Position numbers and translations under genes: made by a program. Under the pieces are notes generated by a model, which was not told the origin of the DNA, made no database searches, and worked only from the letters and a program-made list of their open reading frames with translations. From Octopus vulgaris (Eukaryota), in contig OX597828.1 of NCBI GenBank assembly GCA_951406725.2, forward strand, positions 59,458,001 through 59,522,000: a DNA stretch of 64,000 bases, given 5' to 3'. Shown here piece by piece: positions 1 through 13,939 of this stretch; position 1 is the stretch's first letter, and every line of letters starts with the position of its first letter.

Positions 1-317
1 CCTGGGAATGATAGCGAAAGGGGCTGATTGCTACCTAACTCAGATACCAGGAAACCCCAAAATGGCAGAAATTCAAAAGATAGTGCTCATGGGAACTGCT
101 CATATCCTACGCAAAATACTCTCTATGTAATCCCAAGGTTTAAAACAATTTTTTTTAAATTTATGTATTAGACATTCACTAGTACAACACAAAAAAAACC
201 CAAATATATGGCACACTAGGCATAACAGCAACGTGAACTTCCAACCTGTTGTCTCTTGAGGTCTCTGTGTGAGACTTGGAGCCAACTTGTACAGACATAA
301 AGCAAAAGTCAAACATA

Positions 318-318
<1 letters not shown>
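1..318 (+). mobile_element. 3' end of an R4/Dong-like (RLE-type) non-LTR retrotransposon, running into a (TAA)n array
   Basis: Frame from nt 2 reads LGMIAKGADCYLTQIPGNPKMAEIQKIVLMGTAHILRKILSM* (stop at 128-130), matching the (GA)LG...QK..LLGTAHILRK C-terminus of R4/Dong ORFs. A 3' UTR follows, then (TAA)n, the known Dong target. Confidence 0.8.

Positions 319-388
<70 letters not shown>
319..388. repeat. (TAA)n microsatellite
   Basis: Perfect trinucleotide array. Confidence 0.98.
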
Positions 389-574
389 TTAGTAGTAGTT
401 GTAATGACTTCTAGGGTCTCATCTTCATTTCGAAGTGTTGCAAACAATATTGATGTGCGTATTTGTTAAGATATTCTGGCTAATGATTTGGTTGATATTG
501 AGCGCAGACAGAGAAAAAGTCAATACGTATGGAGACCTGAGAATTTAGATCGTAAAGATGTGGTTGTTACGAGA

Positions 575-730
575 GTCGAACATAAAGCTTATCCTTATTG
601 TCATCGGAGCATTGGACCCAATGCCACCCAATCTGAAGAAAAAAAAAATTTGAAAACCTTAGAAATAACCTACAATCTAGATGTATTGCAGAAGTCGGCA
701 TTATTTGGAACTGCACGAATGAGGAGAAAT
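575..730 (+). mobile_element. Degenerate R4/Dong-like RLE C-terminal fragment
   Basis: Frameshifted translation IKLILIVIGALDP... LKTLEITYNLDVLQKSALFGTARMRR carries the same motif set as nt 1-130. Confidence 0.6.
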
Positions 731-2967
731 GGCGAACAACTATTGAAGTTCAACATTTTATTCTTTTGCAACCTCTATTGTTGCTTTGTTTGGATTCATT
801 TCAATATTGGTCCTTACATTTACGTTGTCAATTGTCAAAATGTGCCAACAACCTTACTCCACTTCTAGGTTCTCATCTCCATTTCGAAGTGTTGCAACCA
901 ATATTGACGTACGACGTATTAGTTAAGATGTTCTGGTTAACGACTTGGTTGATATTGAGCGCAGATACTGCTGTTTTGCGTTCTGTTTTGAACTTATGTA
1001 ATAAAATCACTCAAATTTGCTTTTTCCTCGTCTTTAATTCGATAGCTTAAAATAAGCAAGAACAAATAGTAAAATCATTAGCATAAATCAATATACTATA
1101 TCAAAATTTGCGCTTCAAAACGGCATGAACGTTGTATTTAAAAGATAAGCAACAACGCCAAAAACAAACGCAAACAATTATCTTTGTATTAGCCCCATAG
1201 TAATAATAATTACATTAGAACCAGTAGGAATGCTTGGAGTTGAAAATTATTAATTTAGAAAAGAAAGAATGCTGTAAGGCATTAAGAAATTGATTCTCTA
1301 GATGTAATTTTGAAAAAATGCCAAAGGAACAGTCATTGAGAGGAAATTGAGAAATAATTCCTAATCAATATTAGGATATAAAAATTATTCTAAAATGACG
1401 TCAGAGAAGTTGGAGAATAAATGTATTTATGATTATCAGCAAAGCTAGGTTCCTAATGCGTAGAACAGGGGACATGAAGTTGTGACTTTTATACCTTTTC
1501 CAGAAAATATTCTTCAATAATATAAACCAAGATGAATGCAATGGCGAGTAAAGACACTGCAACGTCAAGTAGAAATCTTGCATAAAAGGTTTACTTAAAA
1601 AGTGATTAGATTTCAGTGATAAGTGACTTAATAGCTAATCCTTGTGGTTTATGTTACTGAGCGTCTAGGAAGTAAACATGAAGCCAAAATGCTTTAATCG
1701 TTGTGGAAGGGTAAAATGGAGTTTAATACAAAGAGTAAGAAACAAAATAAATAAAGTGAGAATTGTCTAATAGACGTGCAATTGTATATCAACACACAAG
1801 AGACTCTACCCAGAATTTCTCATCAACTCTGATAATGGATGAGCACTACGTAATTGCAAAGATGGATATGAAAATATTAAGATAAATATTCTAAAAACAA
1901 AATGAAAATAAATTTCAATGCCAAACTATAAGTTCTTTATAGTAAGGCAAACAAATAGAAGCGATATATTTGCGAAAAAAATCTGGAAACGTGTAACCGG
2001 ACATCAGAGATTAAAGAAATAACGACAAACAAAACGAAAACATAAGTTCTTAATTAAGGGCTAATAAGTTATATGCATTGACGGAGAAACAAATTCAAGC
2101 ACATAATATCTATATGTATATCAACATAAAGACTAAATTGTTATCGTAGCGGACAGTATTTTGCCGAATCAACTGCTTATAGATTAATGCCATAACATTA
2201 CACACGTTTTATACTATCATTCCAACAATTTGAGTTGACTACATAAAACCTTGAAAATAAAATTGCATGATAAACATGTCCTTTAAGATAATAGGCTTAA
2301 GACGTATGATAATAGTAAAAAAATGTAAGTTGCAACAGATCAAATAAATATTGATTATAACGTGTTCTTTGTACTTTCATGTGAAGCACAACTTGCAAAT
2401 ATATTTATTATTTACTGTTTCATATTTATGTATCATCTAAAGATATTTCTGAAAACAATTTAGTAAAAAAGAGTAGTTTAAAGAAGAGCTTATATTCAAA
2501 TGTTCAAAGAAAAAGGAGGAAAATAAATAAGCAGATCAAATGTGCTAACGGACATAAAAAAAGGGTGAGATGAGAGTTTTTGAAGTAAAACTGGATAAAA
2601 CCGTTTACTTTCGGACCATCATGTGGTAGAAATTACCGTTACGATAATTATGAGGGGTTCTTCAAAACAAACCAACATTGATTCTAATGTCATATATTCC
2701 AAACATTGCATCTGAGTGTCTAGATATAAAGAAGAAGTGTATAAATTTATAAGGCAGAAGAATATATTTAGCGTTGTCAGGGGTCAAGTGGAAAGATTAT
2801 GCGTAATATAAGTTATTGAAAATAATATGATACACCGCAGTCAGTTTCAAATCTGATAAAACCAATCCCGGGGGTTTGCATCTCAAACTTAGAACACTAT
2901 CATGGGCAGTGTTTCTTCTTAATTTAGATCTTGCAATACTATTATTGATATTCATCAGATGCAGCAT

Positions 2968-2975
2968 TATCTATC

Positions 2976-3070
<95 letters not shown>
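2968..3070. repeat. (TATC)n array, 5' flank of Tx1 copy A
   Basis: Tetranucleotide array directly abutting the element 5' end. Confidence 0.98.
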
Positions 3071-3071
<1 letters not shown>

Positions 3072-3396
3072 GACAGACGTATTGTCACATCGGCTCCGAA
3101 GGTAATCGTTTATTTTGATATTTATAGCCCATATTGTGTGTACATTTTTGTAAATAAGGTGTGTAAGGCACCCAACTTTCGTTTGAGTGCTTTTCCAAGG
3201 GAGGAATTCGCCCCTAGGGGCAGTTTCAAACCTATTTAATTTGCGTATTTTTCTTCTCGACATTAAAAAATGTCGAGAAATGTTATTGTAGAACGCTGGT
3301 CCTGTTCCTTTATGGACCAGCATTTTCCTAGACTTGAAACGCTAGGAGAAAAAAAGAACTTATGCACGCACACACATTCGACAAAGACAAACCTGA

Positions 3397-5202
3397 GTGA
3401 ACGCTGCAACCACTTGCGGTAACAGCCCTGTCACCACCACCACCACCACTAACAACAACAACAACGAGACTACTACTGCTACCACCACCACCTCCACCAC
3501 CACCACCACCACCACCACCACCACCACCACCACCACCACCAACATAAATGATAAAAATGAAACTCACGCGAATACTATTAACAAAAACAACAGCAAAAAG
3601 CAGAACAACAACAAAAATGAAATAAATATTTTACCATCTAATAGTGAAGATATTAATATAAAAGAATCAACAGCACCAGTAAATTTCGCTGACACTCTGC
3701 GTCAGAAAAAAGAAATAATAAAATTTACGAATGAAGAGTTGATAGAAACGAGAGCACTCTCTACAACCCAAGGACAGGATTTAGTGCTGCATACACCTGA
3801 ACACATAAAGGAACAAATAGAAAATAAGACAATTATATATAAAATTATAAGAAAAAACAAAACACAAAATGAATTGATTACAAAAACGGACATAGAAAAG
3901 TATTTAAAAAACATAATGAAAAAAAAGAATATATAAACTGGGGTCCCCAGTTTAATACAGTGGTGGTCCGCTTCCCTAACCAGGAAGTGGCAAAAGCTCA
4001 CTCTACTGAGTCTTTGCAAAATGATGAAATCATCATGGTCCCATATTACAAAGGCCAGATAGTGAGTACAATTAGCATTAAAAATGTACCCCCCGAGATA
4101 CCTAACAAATGGATAACAGGAGCGATCTGTTACCATTTGAAAACGATAAACATATTAGAAATTGGGGTGGTAAAACAATAGTAGTGACCATCCAGATTGA
4201 TGGGTCCTCTATCGAGAACCTACCTGATAGGATCCATTTAGAAAATGGGCAAAGTCTATATGTTGTAGCAGAAGGCAAAAAGCCAAGATGCTACAACTGT
4301 GGCAGCCCAGAACATTTAATTGCAAAGTGCGCACTGACACAGAAAAAACAAGAAAGAACAAATCAGAAAACAAATAAAAAACCTTTTTTGCCAACACCAA
4401 CACACTCAATTATGGAACAATGCCAAGAAAAACAACAAACCAGCAAACAAACTCCAACAACATCACCAAGATAAGAAACAGCACCAACACAATCACCGTT
4501 GACGTCGCAACCAATTCAACATACTGAACCAACAAAAGATAGACCAACACCAACACCGAGGACGACAACTAAAAAGACAGAAAACAGTGATTTGAAGACA
4601 AATTCTACCCCTAACACCACAACAATACAAACACCGCACAAAAGATCAACAATTTCTACAAGCATACATATTAACGCAAATGCTTTGCCTTTACCCCCTT
4701 ATGATTCGTCGGACTCATCGTCTAACGACGAAAGTTCAACGGAATGGCAAATAGCCACAGGGGGTAAAAGGAAAATATAAAAACGCCCACCAAACAAGTA
4801 AGTAAAGAAGGGAGATATTTAACTCCAGACAGCTTCCCCCTAGACAATCAAAAAATCAATGAACCTGCAAAACCACACACACAACTAACTGCAATAGACA
4901 CAGACAATAAAAAACTAATGGATTACATTACATCCAACACGAACATCTGTGAAGATGACTTTAAGACAAATAATCATCCGCGCAATACACCACCGAAACA
5001 CATAAGAATTGTACACATAACACAAACACAACACCATACACTGAAAACCATATTTCCAAATGCGGTAGGGGGGTTTCAACGATACGTCTCAAAAAAACTA
5101 TACAAACACCTCCACAAAGACACTACAAAAGAAGAAGAAAAAACTGAAACTTCGAAATGGGTAAGTGACCTTCCCTCTTGCCTCTTGTCTCTTCCAATGT
5201 AG
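3397..5202 (+). pseudogene. Tx1 ORF1 (gag-like nucleic-acid-binding protein), frameshifted
   Basis: Pieces in several frames: poly-Thr/Asn N-terminus, VVRFPNQEVAK segment, zinc knuckle CYNCGSPEHLIAKC (C-X2-C-X4-H-X4-C) and a Thr/Pro-rich region. Confidence 0.85.
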
Positions 5203-5234
5203 TGTGTGAAACACAAATTTCTTAAACGTCAATT

Positions 5235-7112
5235 ATGCTTAAATTAGGTTGTGTGAATGCGCGTGGCATGGCGTCGGCTTGGAAACAAGGTTACCTTCTA
5301 AACGACATCAAGTCACTGAACGTGGATATAGTAGCTACCAGTGAAACCAGACTCAGCAAGCCGCGGGCCCTCGCGTCCATGTTTGGCGATCAATTCGACA
5401 TTTATTTTTCTCCCTGTCTGCCGAACATGGGTGGTGGTGGTACCGCGGTGCTTTTTCGAAGGAGTCTAAATGTAAAAGTAAGAACAATATTCCTAGACTC
5501 GGCGGGTAGGCTGGTTGTCTTGGACGTGGATGGCAGAAATGGGTGTGCATTCCGTCTGATGGCAGTTTATGCACCGTCCTTAACGGGTCGGGCGGATTTC
5601 TTCAGACGTCTAGTGGTTTTCCTGGCGCTTCTGTATATATTGACTCTCGAACCGCTACTGCGGAAGCTGGCGACACTGAGGGGCATCCCACGGGAACTGG
5701 GTTGCGGGACGAGCGTGTCGGCATATGCGGACGATGTCACCGTCATAGTGTCGAGTGAAAAACACATCCAGATGATAGGCGAGACACTAAGAAAATACGA
5801 AACGGTGACGGGAGCGAAGATTAACCCAGAAAAGTCAGTGGGTTTGCTACTCGGCACCTGGAGAAGCAAGCCCATGCCGTCCGACTGCGGCTCAGTAGTG
5901 GGACGCTGGACGGACGGACCGGTTAAATTGCTCGGGGTGTGGTTCAGTCCGGACCTCCAAATGGATAAGAACTGGGACGAGATCACGAGTAGAGTGGTCG
6001 CTCTCAGCCAAACATGGGCCGAGAGAAAGCTGTCTCTAAAAGGTCGGGCGGAGGTGGCGAACGCGTACATCTCATCCGTCATCGATTACCGCCTGACCGT
6101 CGTGCCTTGTCCCGACGCCACCATCACCAAACTGGAGCGCATACTCTTCCGCTTCCTGTGGAAGGGTGGCGTTCCGATGGTGAGGAAGTCCATTTGCTGT
6201 CATCATCCGTTGAAAGGAGGACTGGGCATGCCGTGGTTGATGATGCGCAGGCATTCGCTGAGACTGCGACATCTCTGGAACTTCATCGATGACGGTGAAC
6301 AGGTGTGGGCGCCGTTTGTGAGGCGCGCCTTCCCGCAGCTCGTCTCACTGACCGAACTGCAAACGTGGATCAAGAAGAGACCGAAACTGGGTGATTGGCA
6401 CCGAGAGTGTCACCAAGCTCTACAGCAGCTCTGCCGACCGGGGTCAAACTTGTGCAACTTACAAACGACTAAAGCGTTCTATAGGGGACTAGTGGAGGGG
6501 AGGTCCGACGACACACTCGGGGCAAACCTGGGCGTCGACGAGAAATTCCTAACCCGCCTGTTCAGGACGACGTTCGGGCCGGGGCCTATGGATTACTTCC
6601 AGAAATCCCTGGCTTGGCAATGCTATCGAGACGCACTACCTGTTCGAGAGAAGAGCTACAGGCACGGACCGAAAACCATCACCGGACCGACCTACCCGAT
6701 ATGCGGTCAGAGCGACGAAACCGTTCTGCACGCACTCGTGCAGTGTCCAGATATTTCAGAGCTATGGACCTTCGTCGAACAGCTGTTGTCGCGTGTAGGA
6801 CGGGCCGGCTTATCGGCCGAGTCTATCGTGAATATTGTTCCACCACCTTCCTTTAAACGGAAAGGAAAAACGGTTTTCGTTACGCTGATGGGTATGGCGA
6901 AAGAATGTGTGTGGTGGACGCGTTTGAAATGACTGCAAACAAACACCTTCCTCTCTGGTCAGTCTCTCGTCAACTTTTTCAAGTACCACTTGAAAAGGAG
7001 GATGAGAATAGAGAGGAAGGCTTTGTCGAACGAATGTTTTAATAAAAAGTGGGTAAAAGTGGCATAAATGGTCAGTTTGAAACACGGCACTATTTTAAGC
7101 ATAAATCTGTAA
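5235..7112 (+). pseudogene. Tx1 ORF2 (partial APE endonuclease fused to partial RT), premature stop at 6930-6932
   Basis: APE motifs (VNARG, SET, GGGTAVL, GRLVVLD, VYAP) jump directly to RT LLYILTLEPLL, YADDV, GAKINPEKS, LLGV, LSLKGR, GGLG and ET..H...C. The stop TGA is GGA in copy B, and the frame continues through one more stop to TAA at 7110-7112. Confidence 0.9.
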
Positions 7113-7396
7113 CCAAAAGAGACAACAAGAAGTAAGTCACCTTACTCATGTGTTCATTTTCGAACTGTCTGAGGTGACCTTGGTCTTTTTTATAGGTTTT
7201 TCTTTCCAAGGCTACACCTAAACTGGGAACTTTATATGTATATATTGCTTTTTATACACCACACAACCCACAGATCCCTATTGATCGAACGTTTTTTCTT
7301 TGTGTGTCCCACCCATCCCACCTCGAAAAGAAAAAACTCTACATTGTATTTCGTCCATTTTTCTTCTGTGTTTAGCCCTGTGGCCACAATAAAAAG

Positions 7397-7397
<1 letters not shown>

Positions 7398-7474
<77 letters not shown>

Positions 7475-7539
7475 CTCTATCTCTCTCTCTATCTCTATAT
7501 CTATATCTATATCTATATCTATCTATCTATCTATCTATC

Positions 7540-7610
<71 letters not shown>

Positions 7611-7612
7611 AT
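7398..7612. repeat. (TATC)n then (TA)n/(TG)n compound microsatellite, 3' flank of copy A
   Basis: Direct reading. Confidence 0.97.
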
Positions 7613-8319
7613 AAGTAAAGCAAAGTAATGCAAAAATGCAATCGATGTTGTACGAACGATCGGCTTTGAATTTATAGCGTTTCCCAAAATGGAAACAAAT
7701 TTCGCTCTTCTATTTCAGTTGTGTGATTTTTAATACTTTAATACAATTATTTTGTTTGCAGTTATATGTCTATTTTAATGTCTATAATTCATTTCTCAAT
7801 TTGAAAAGAAAGTTGTGTAGAAATTATAAAAAATACTATCTAGAATGTTCTTCGTTTATGTAATTTAAAGTTTAAGATAAATTGCAAATTTATGGCACAT
7901 ATTTATGAAACACCATCCCTTATCTAATATTTCTTTGTGAATTGATTGGTTTGTAATTCCTTCCGATATAATATTTATATTAATAAAACCAAAGAGGAAA
8001 AAATCGGAGCCTTCTCATGTTTACAGTATAGCAATTTGCAAGCAATGATTTTCCCCCGTTTCTCAATACCTAAACACTTCTCCTTTAAAAGTGAAAAACA
8101 GCTTAATATCATGTTCGATCTTCTTTATCGTAATTGTTCAACTGCAAACCTCTAATCTGGAAACAAATTTAGAATGCGTGAACAAGTATGCAATAAATAT
8201 ATTAGGAATTCCATTTGCAGAGAATGTATTGTCGGAATGTTTATCTAACATATACTCAGGCAATTGTTATAGAGTTACGGTATATAACTCGTAAAGTTAT
8301 TATTAAAATCTATCCATAA

Positions 8320-8522
8320 CTCGACTCTTTTATTCTTTTGATGGCTTCAACTATGCTGGGACACAGATGCAGCGCTTTTAAGGGCTTAGTCGACAATTCC
8401 AACACAGAAACATATTTTACTTAGGTACTTAATTTTATCAGTTTGTATCACTATGTTAAGGTAAGGAACATGAAGTGACACTAAATCGACGTAGCATAAT
8501 TCAGTGTGAACGTACACACACA

Positions 8523-8564
<42 letters not shown>

Positions 8565-8780
8565 ATGAATATTCTTTGGTTTTAAAGATGCTTCACGTGC
8601 TGTTCAATCGTCTGAATTTGATGGTCATAGAATCAGAGTGTAAGTGGCTGAGTATTCCACTGACACATATGATTTTAATGCAGTGCAAAAGCGAAACCAG
8701 CGGGACACATTATGCGAGAAATTTGAATCTTTGAATTAAGGAAACAAGCCACGTGTAGAGTTTCTGTGACTTATTCGAAA
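8320..8780 (-). mobile_element. Degenerate SINE fragments separated by (CA)n
   Basis: 8320-8500 resembles the SINE at 11190-11375. 8580-8780 resembles the reverse complement of the 57190-57450 SINE tail. Confidence 0.45.
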
Positions 8781-9839
8781 ATATCAACAGGATCATAGAA
8801 ATCATTTTTGAAATATTTTTGTTTCTACTCCCTTTATAATACTTCTGTAATAATTTTGCAATTACTTGCTTTCTATAATTCCTTTAGACTCATATCTTGG
8901 CAATAAAAACATCTATCATAGCTATAGTAAGAATTATTAAACTTCCTCTTATTTGTCAAAACTATTGCAGATTTAATTTTGCGCCAAAAGATAAACCGAT
9001 CTAACAAAGACTTCTTCAGGATTTCCTTGTCTCTAACTAACCAATTTCAGTTCCGCAAATTCTTGGCTAATAATTCCCATTGGAGCTAAAAGGAAGCTTA
9101 TCGGCAGAATTTAATCAAGGAAAAACTAGATGCCTTAACTACTGATGTCACAGCCACTACACATTTCACTCCCAGAAAACTTGTCGGTTGGAGACCTGTA
9201 CAAAGTGTCACAGAAAATGCATGTTTTCCTGTATGTAAGAAGAGAAACATAGAAAGCAGAAATAACTAACAGATGTCGTACATGTTTAAAGGTAAGAAGA
9301 ACGATGGCTGAAGAATGTAGGAAAAAGAAAGAAAGGAAGAAAGGTACATACCAGAACGTGAATGCAATGGATTTTGTGAGTTTAACTCTCGCTGTGTACA
9401 TATATACATATATCTACGAGTCGATAATGACAAACGTCGAAGATTGAACGAAGGCTTAAATGCACATGGTTGAACCGATTCAACTTTTAATGAGCTTTCA
9501 TGTGAGAGAAGCTACAGATATAAAAAGAAAGTTGTACGCACGTTGAAAATATTACTGCATTCTTTTCTTTGCGGTTGTTTTCATTTAAGTGCGTGAATGC
9601 AAGTACAGCATAGAAGTTAAGCACTTCGCGAAAGTGTAAAGGAAATAGAAAATAGTGTATAAAAGTAAATTAAATGTCCAAAAACTGTAATTGCATGTTA
9701 AATGAAATGACAACCTTAGAAAAGAGGAAGAAAAATGAATTCAGAAATTTTTGTTGTAAGTTTTATGCAGAAGATGTATTTTGGCGCACAAGAAATACGC
9801 TACGTAATTTGTACACATACATACATACATACATACATA

Positions 9840-10862
9840 CTGCGTTTCAAATTATTCAAATTATTAAAGACGTGACATCGTTTAGTTTTATTTCAAAACT
9901 ACTCATTGGAATTCAACAAAATTTTCACAGAATGATAGCATCTGTAATATCCGCTCGATGTATAAAAACACGAGGTTCTGTAAAATAACACAGAATTTAC
10001 AGCCATTTACCAAATTTACGTAAACTTTCTGTGCTTCAAATTATTAGCGAGGTACAATTAAATCTCATGTAAACAAGAAAATAGCAATTTAATTGTTTGA
10101 TGAACATACTGAAAGGAACATATACAGCCATAAACATGGAAGAAATAGAAATAAACAACATTAAAAAAGGATTTGTGAGCTGGTTAGTAAGGGCTATATG
10201 AGCCTTCATTTCAAATAGGTTTGAAAAGTCACTGTTATATGGGACATGCTAACTCCTGGAATTCCTCTGTTATACCACGAAATACATCCACTATTGCTTG
10301 TCAAAGTTCATCCTTGCTCCTAAATTGGCGTCCCTTCTCGTAAACCCGTCGCTTTAGAATACTCCACAGGTTTTCTATTGAGATTAAGTCGGAGGAACGA
10401 GCAGACCACTTCATCGTCAGTGGTCCACAGAAGCCTAATTGTTGGAGATATTCTGTAGCTTTCTTCGCTGGATGTGGGGGCGCATTATCTTGCATGAATA
10501 TTATAGTTGTCTTGATAGTGATCCTTTGCTTTTTTAAGCAAGGTTCAAGGTGCTCCCTCAGAAACGCTATGTGAGCGTCCGGAATCATTTTAACACCGTC
10601 CGGAACTTTTCAAGGACCAATCATAATATATGCAATGATACTTGCCCAAATCACGCTGCCTTATCACCCTTGTTGGCATCTCAAGCGTCCATGACTATCT
10701 CATCCATTTACAATCCATTATTTGCTCTAACCATCAGGTCCATCAAACGTAGCACGAGTTTCATCTATAAACAAAACTTTTGAATAGTCGACCTTCATGT
10801 AAACTTCTGCCTTCTTCAGACGAATTTGTATTGAAATTTCCTTGACTTACAAAGAGTAGTTT
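9840..10862 (-). mobile_element. Tc1-like DNA transposon relic (3' half)
   Basis: Transposase motifs IFMQDNAPPH and WSARSSDLISIENLWSILKRRVY. TA-CTGCGTTTCAAATTATT at 9838 is a candidate terminus. Confidence 0.85.
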
Positions 10863-10879
10863 CTAATTTGATGCGTGGG

Positions 10880-12215
<1,336 letters not shown>

Positions 12216-13375
12216 AAATGGCGAGGTTAGAAGACTGTGGGGTTTTGACTCACGAGATATTTCATGTACAACATACTGAAAACCAGTGCTGAAACAAAAC
12301 AATCCTATCCATTTGAGTAAAGCATAGACGAAAGTTGTCTAGGACATGAAAATACTCTTTAAATGACTTTTCCCATATTCGTTTCTCTTTACTTCACTAA
12401 TCATATTGTTAAAGCAAAACTCAAACACGTGTGCGTAGACGTGAACTAAATTAGTAATTATTTTCCGTAAGACGATCTTTAAATAATTTTTGTCGTTGCT
12501 CTGACAAGAATATAATGTAAGACGAATGTATTATATCTTTCACACATTCAAAATATCTAAAATTTTCTAAAGTTAAATATTTAAAATCTTTTTTTCTTTT
12601 TAAATCCCCAATCACTTTTCTGTCTACAGATTTTCTTGCTTATATTTGCTACCCGATCGAATGTCCTTAACGCTTATTATTTCGATTCCTTTTTGCATAT
12701 ATCATATAGCCATTCCCTTTCTTCTTTCTTTATTCCACTATTTTCTTAAATTTTTCTTGTGTTAAATAAATATTTTTCACTTCTTAACGTTCTCATCTTT
12801 AACGTTTATTACTTCGAGTCCTCTTTGCACTTAGCGACGCCATTCTGTATCTTCTTTCTTTCTTTCACTCTCTTCTTAAACTCTCCTAGTGTTACATAAA
12901 TATTTTTCGATTCGTTAAACATTGTCTCTTTCTCTTTTCGAACTTCCAAGTTATATATTTAGATTCCTGAACCTAATGAAAGTGCACTATTTAGAGTCGT
13001 TAAGTTGCACACTATTTAGAATCTCTTACACTCTCTCCCGTTCTCTCTGGACGTACCGAAAGTTATATATTTCGAGTTTTTACACCTACGTAAAGTACAC
13101 TATTTTAGAATCATCTACGATACCGTTCCCTCTCTCTTTCTCCCACCCCATTATAGACCACCTCTTTCTCCCACCTCATTATAGACCACCTATTTCTCTC
13201 CTACATATAACGACTCCACTTGTTTCAGACTCCTTATTCCATATTCCATCGCTCATTGAACTTTCCTTTTCTCTATCTCTTCGAAACAAATCCTTATATC
13301 GCTCTCGCAAACTCCCTACTACTCTCTTTCTCTCTGAACACTTCCTCTCTTTCTTTTTCTATTCTTTATTCAGAT

Positions 13376-13845
13376 AAAGACCAGATGTAACACCAGCCAT
13401 AGATGAAATGAGATCATGCTGCGCCACTGGTCTTGATGGCTTTCCAGCTATTCTCCTGAAGTCATGTAAGCAGGCTTTAGCGAAACCACTTCATATACTC
13501 TTCCAAAGTTTCCTTGCAAGTGGTATACTTTCTAAAAAATTGAAAGAAGGTATTATATGCCCTATCCACGAAGGTTGAAGCAAAGCAGAGGCCAAAAGCG
13601 ACAGGCCAATATCTCCGACTTCGCATATCAGTAGAGTCATGGAGCGAATAATCAGACATGAGTTACAGACGAGGTTTGCAGAATCAAACACAATTATACA
13701 TCAAATGCACCAACATCTGGAAAAAAGGCACATACAGGAGTGGCGATGTGAAACAGCCAAACTGGGGAAGTCTGAAAGACCATGCTGGTGCTCCAGCATG
13801 ACCGCAGCCGCATGACGGAAACGAGTAAAAGAGTAAAAAAGAGTA
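13376..13845 (+). mobile_element. CR1-group LINE fragment (RT N-terminal region joined to the element 3' end)
   Basis: Translation ATGLDGFPAILLKSCKQALAKPLHILFQSFLASG...IICPIHEG*...RPISPTSHISRVMERII, ending with GGTGCTCCAGCATGACCGCAG...GAGTAAAAGAGTAAAA. Confidence 0.8.
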
Positions 13846-13939
13846 TATGTAATATATATATATATTATATATATAATATGTATATTATATTTATATATAT
13901 ATATATAATATATATATTATATATATAAATAAATAGATA

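Larger units (their letters stand above)
3071..7397 (+). mobile_element. Tx1-clade non-LTR retrotransposon, copy A (5'-complete, internally deleted ORF2)
   Basis: 5' UTR, ORF1 with a CCHC knuckle, ORF2 with APE N-terminus plus RT YADD and C-terminal zinc-finger region, and a 3' end GCCCTGTGGCCACAATAAAAAGT. Both termini match copy B and are flanked by (TATC)n. Confidence 0.92.

Noticed and set aside
5567-6082. Antisense ORFs conserved over ORF2 in copies A, B and C
   Set aside because: They are most simply shadows of GC-rich coding sequence and show no recognisable domain.
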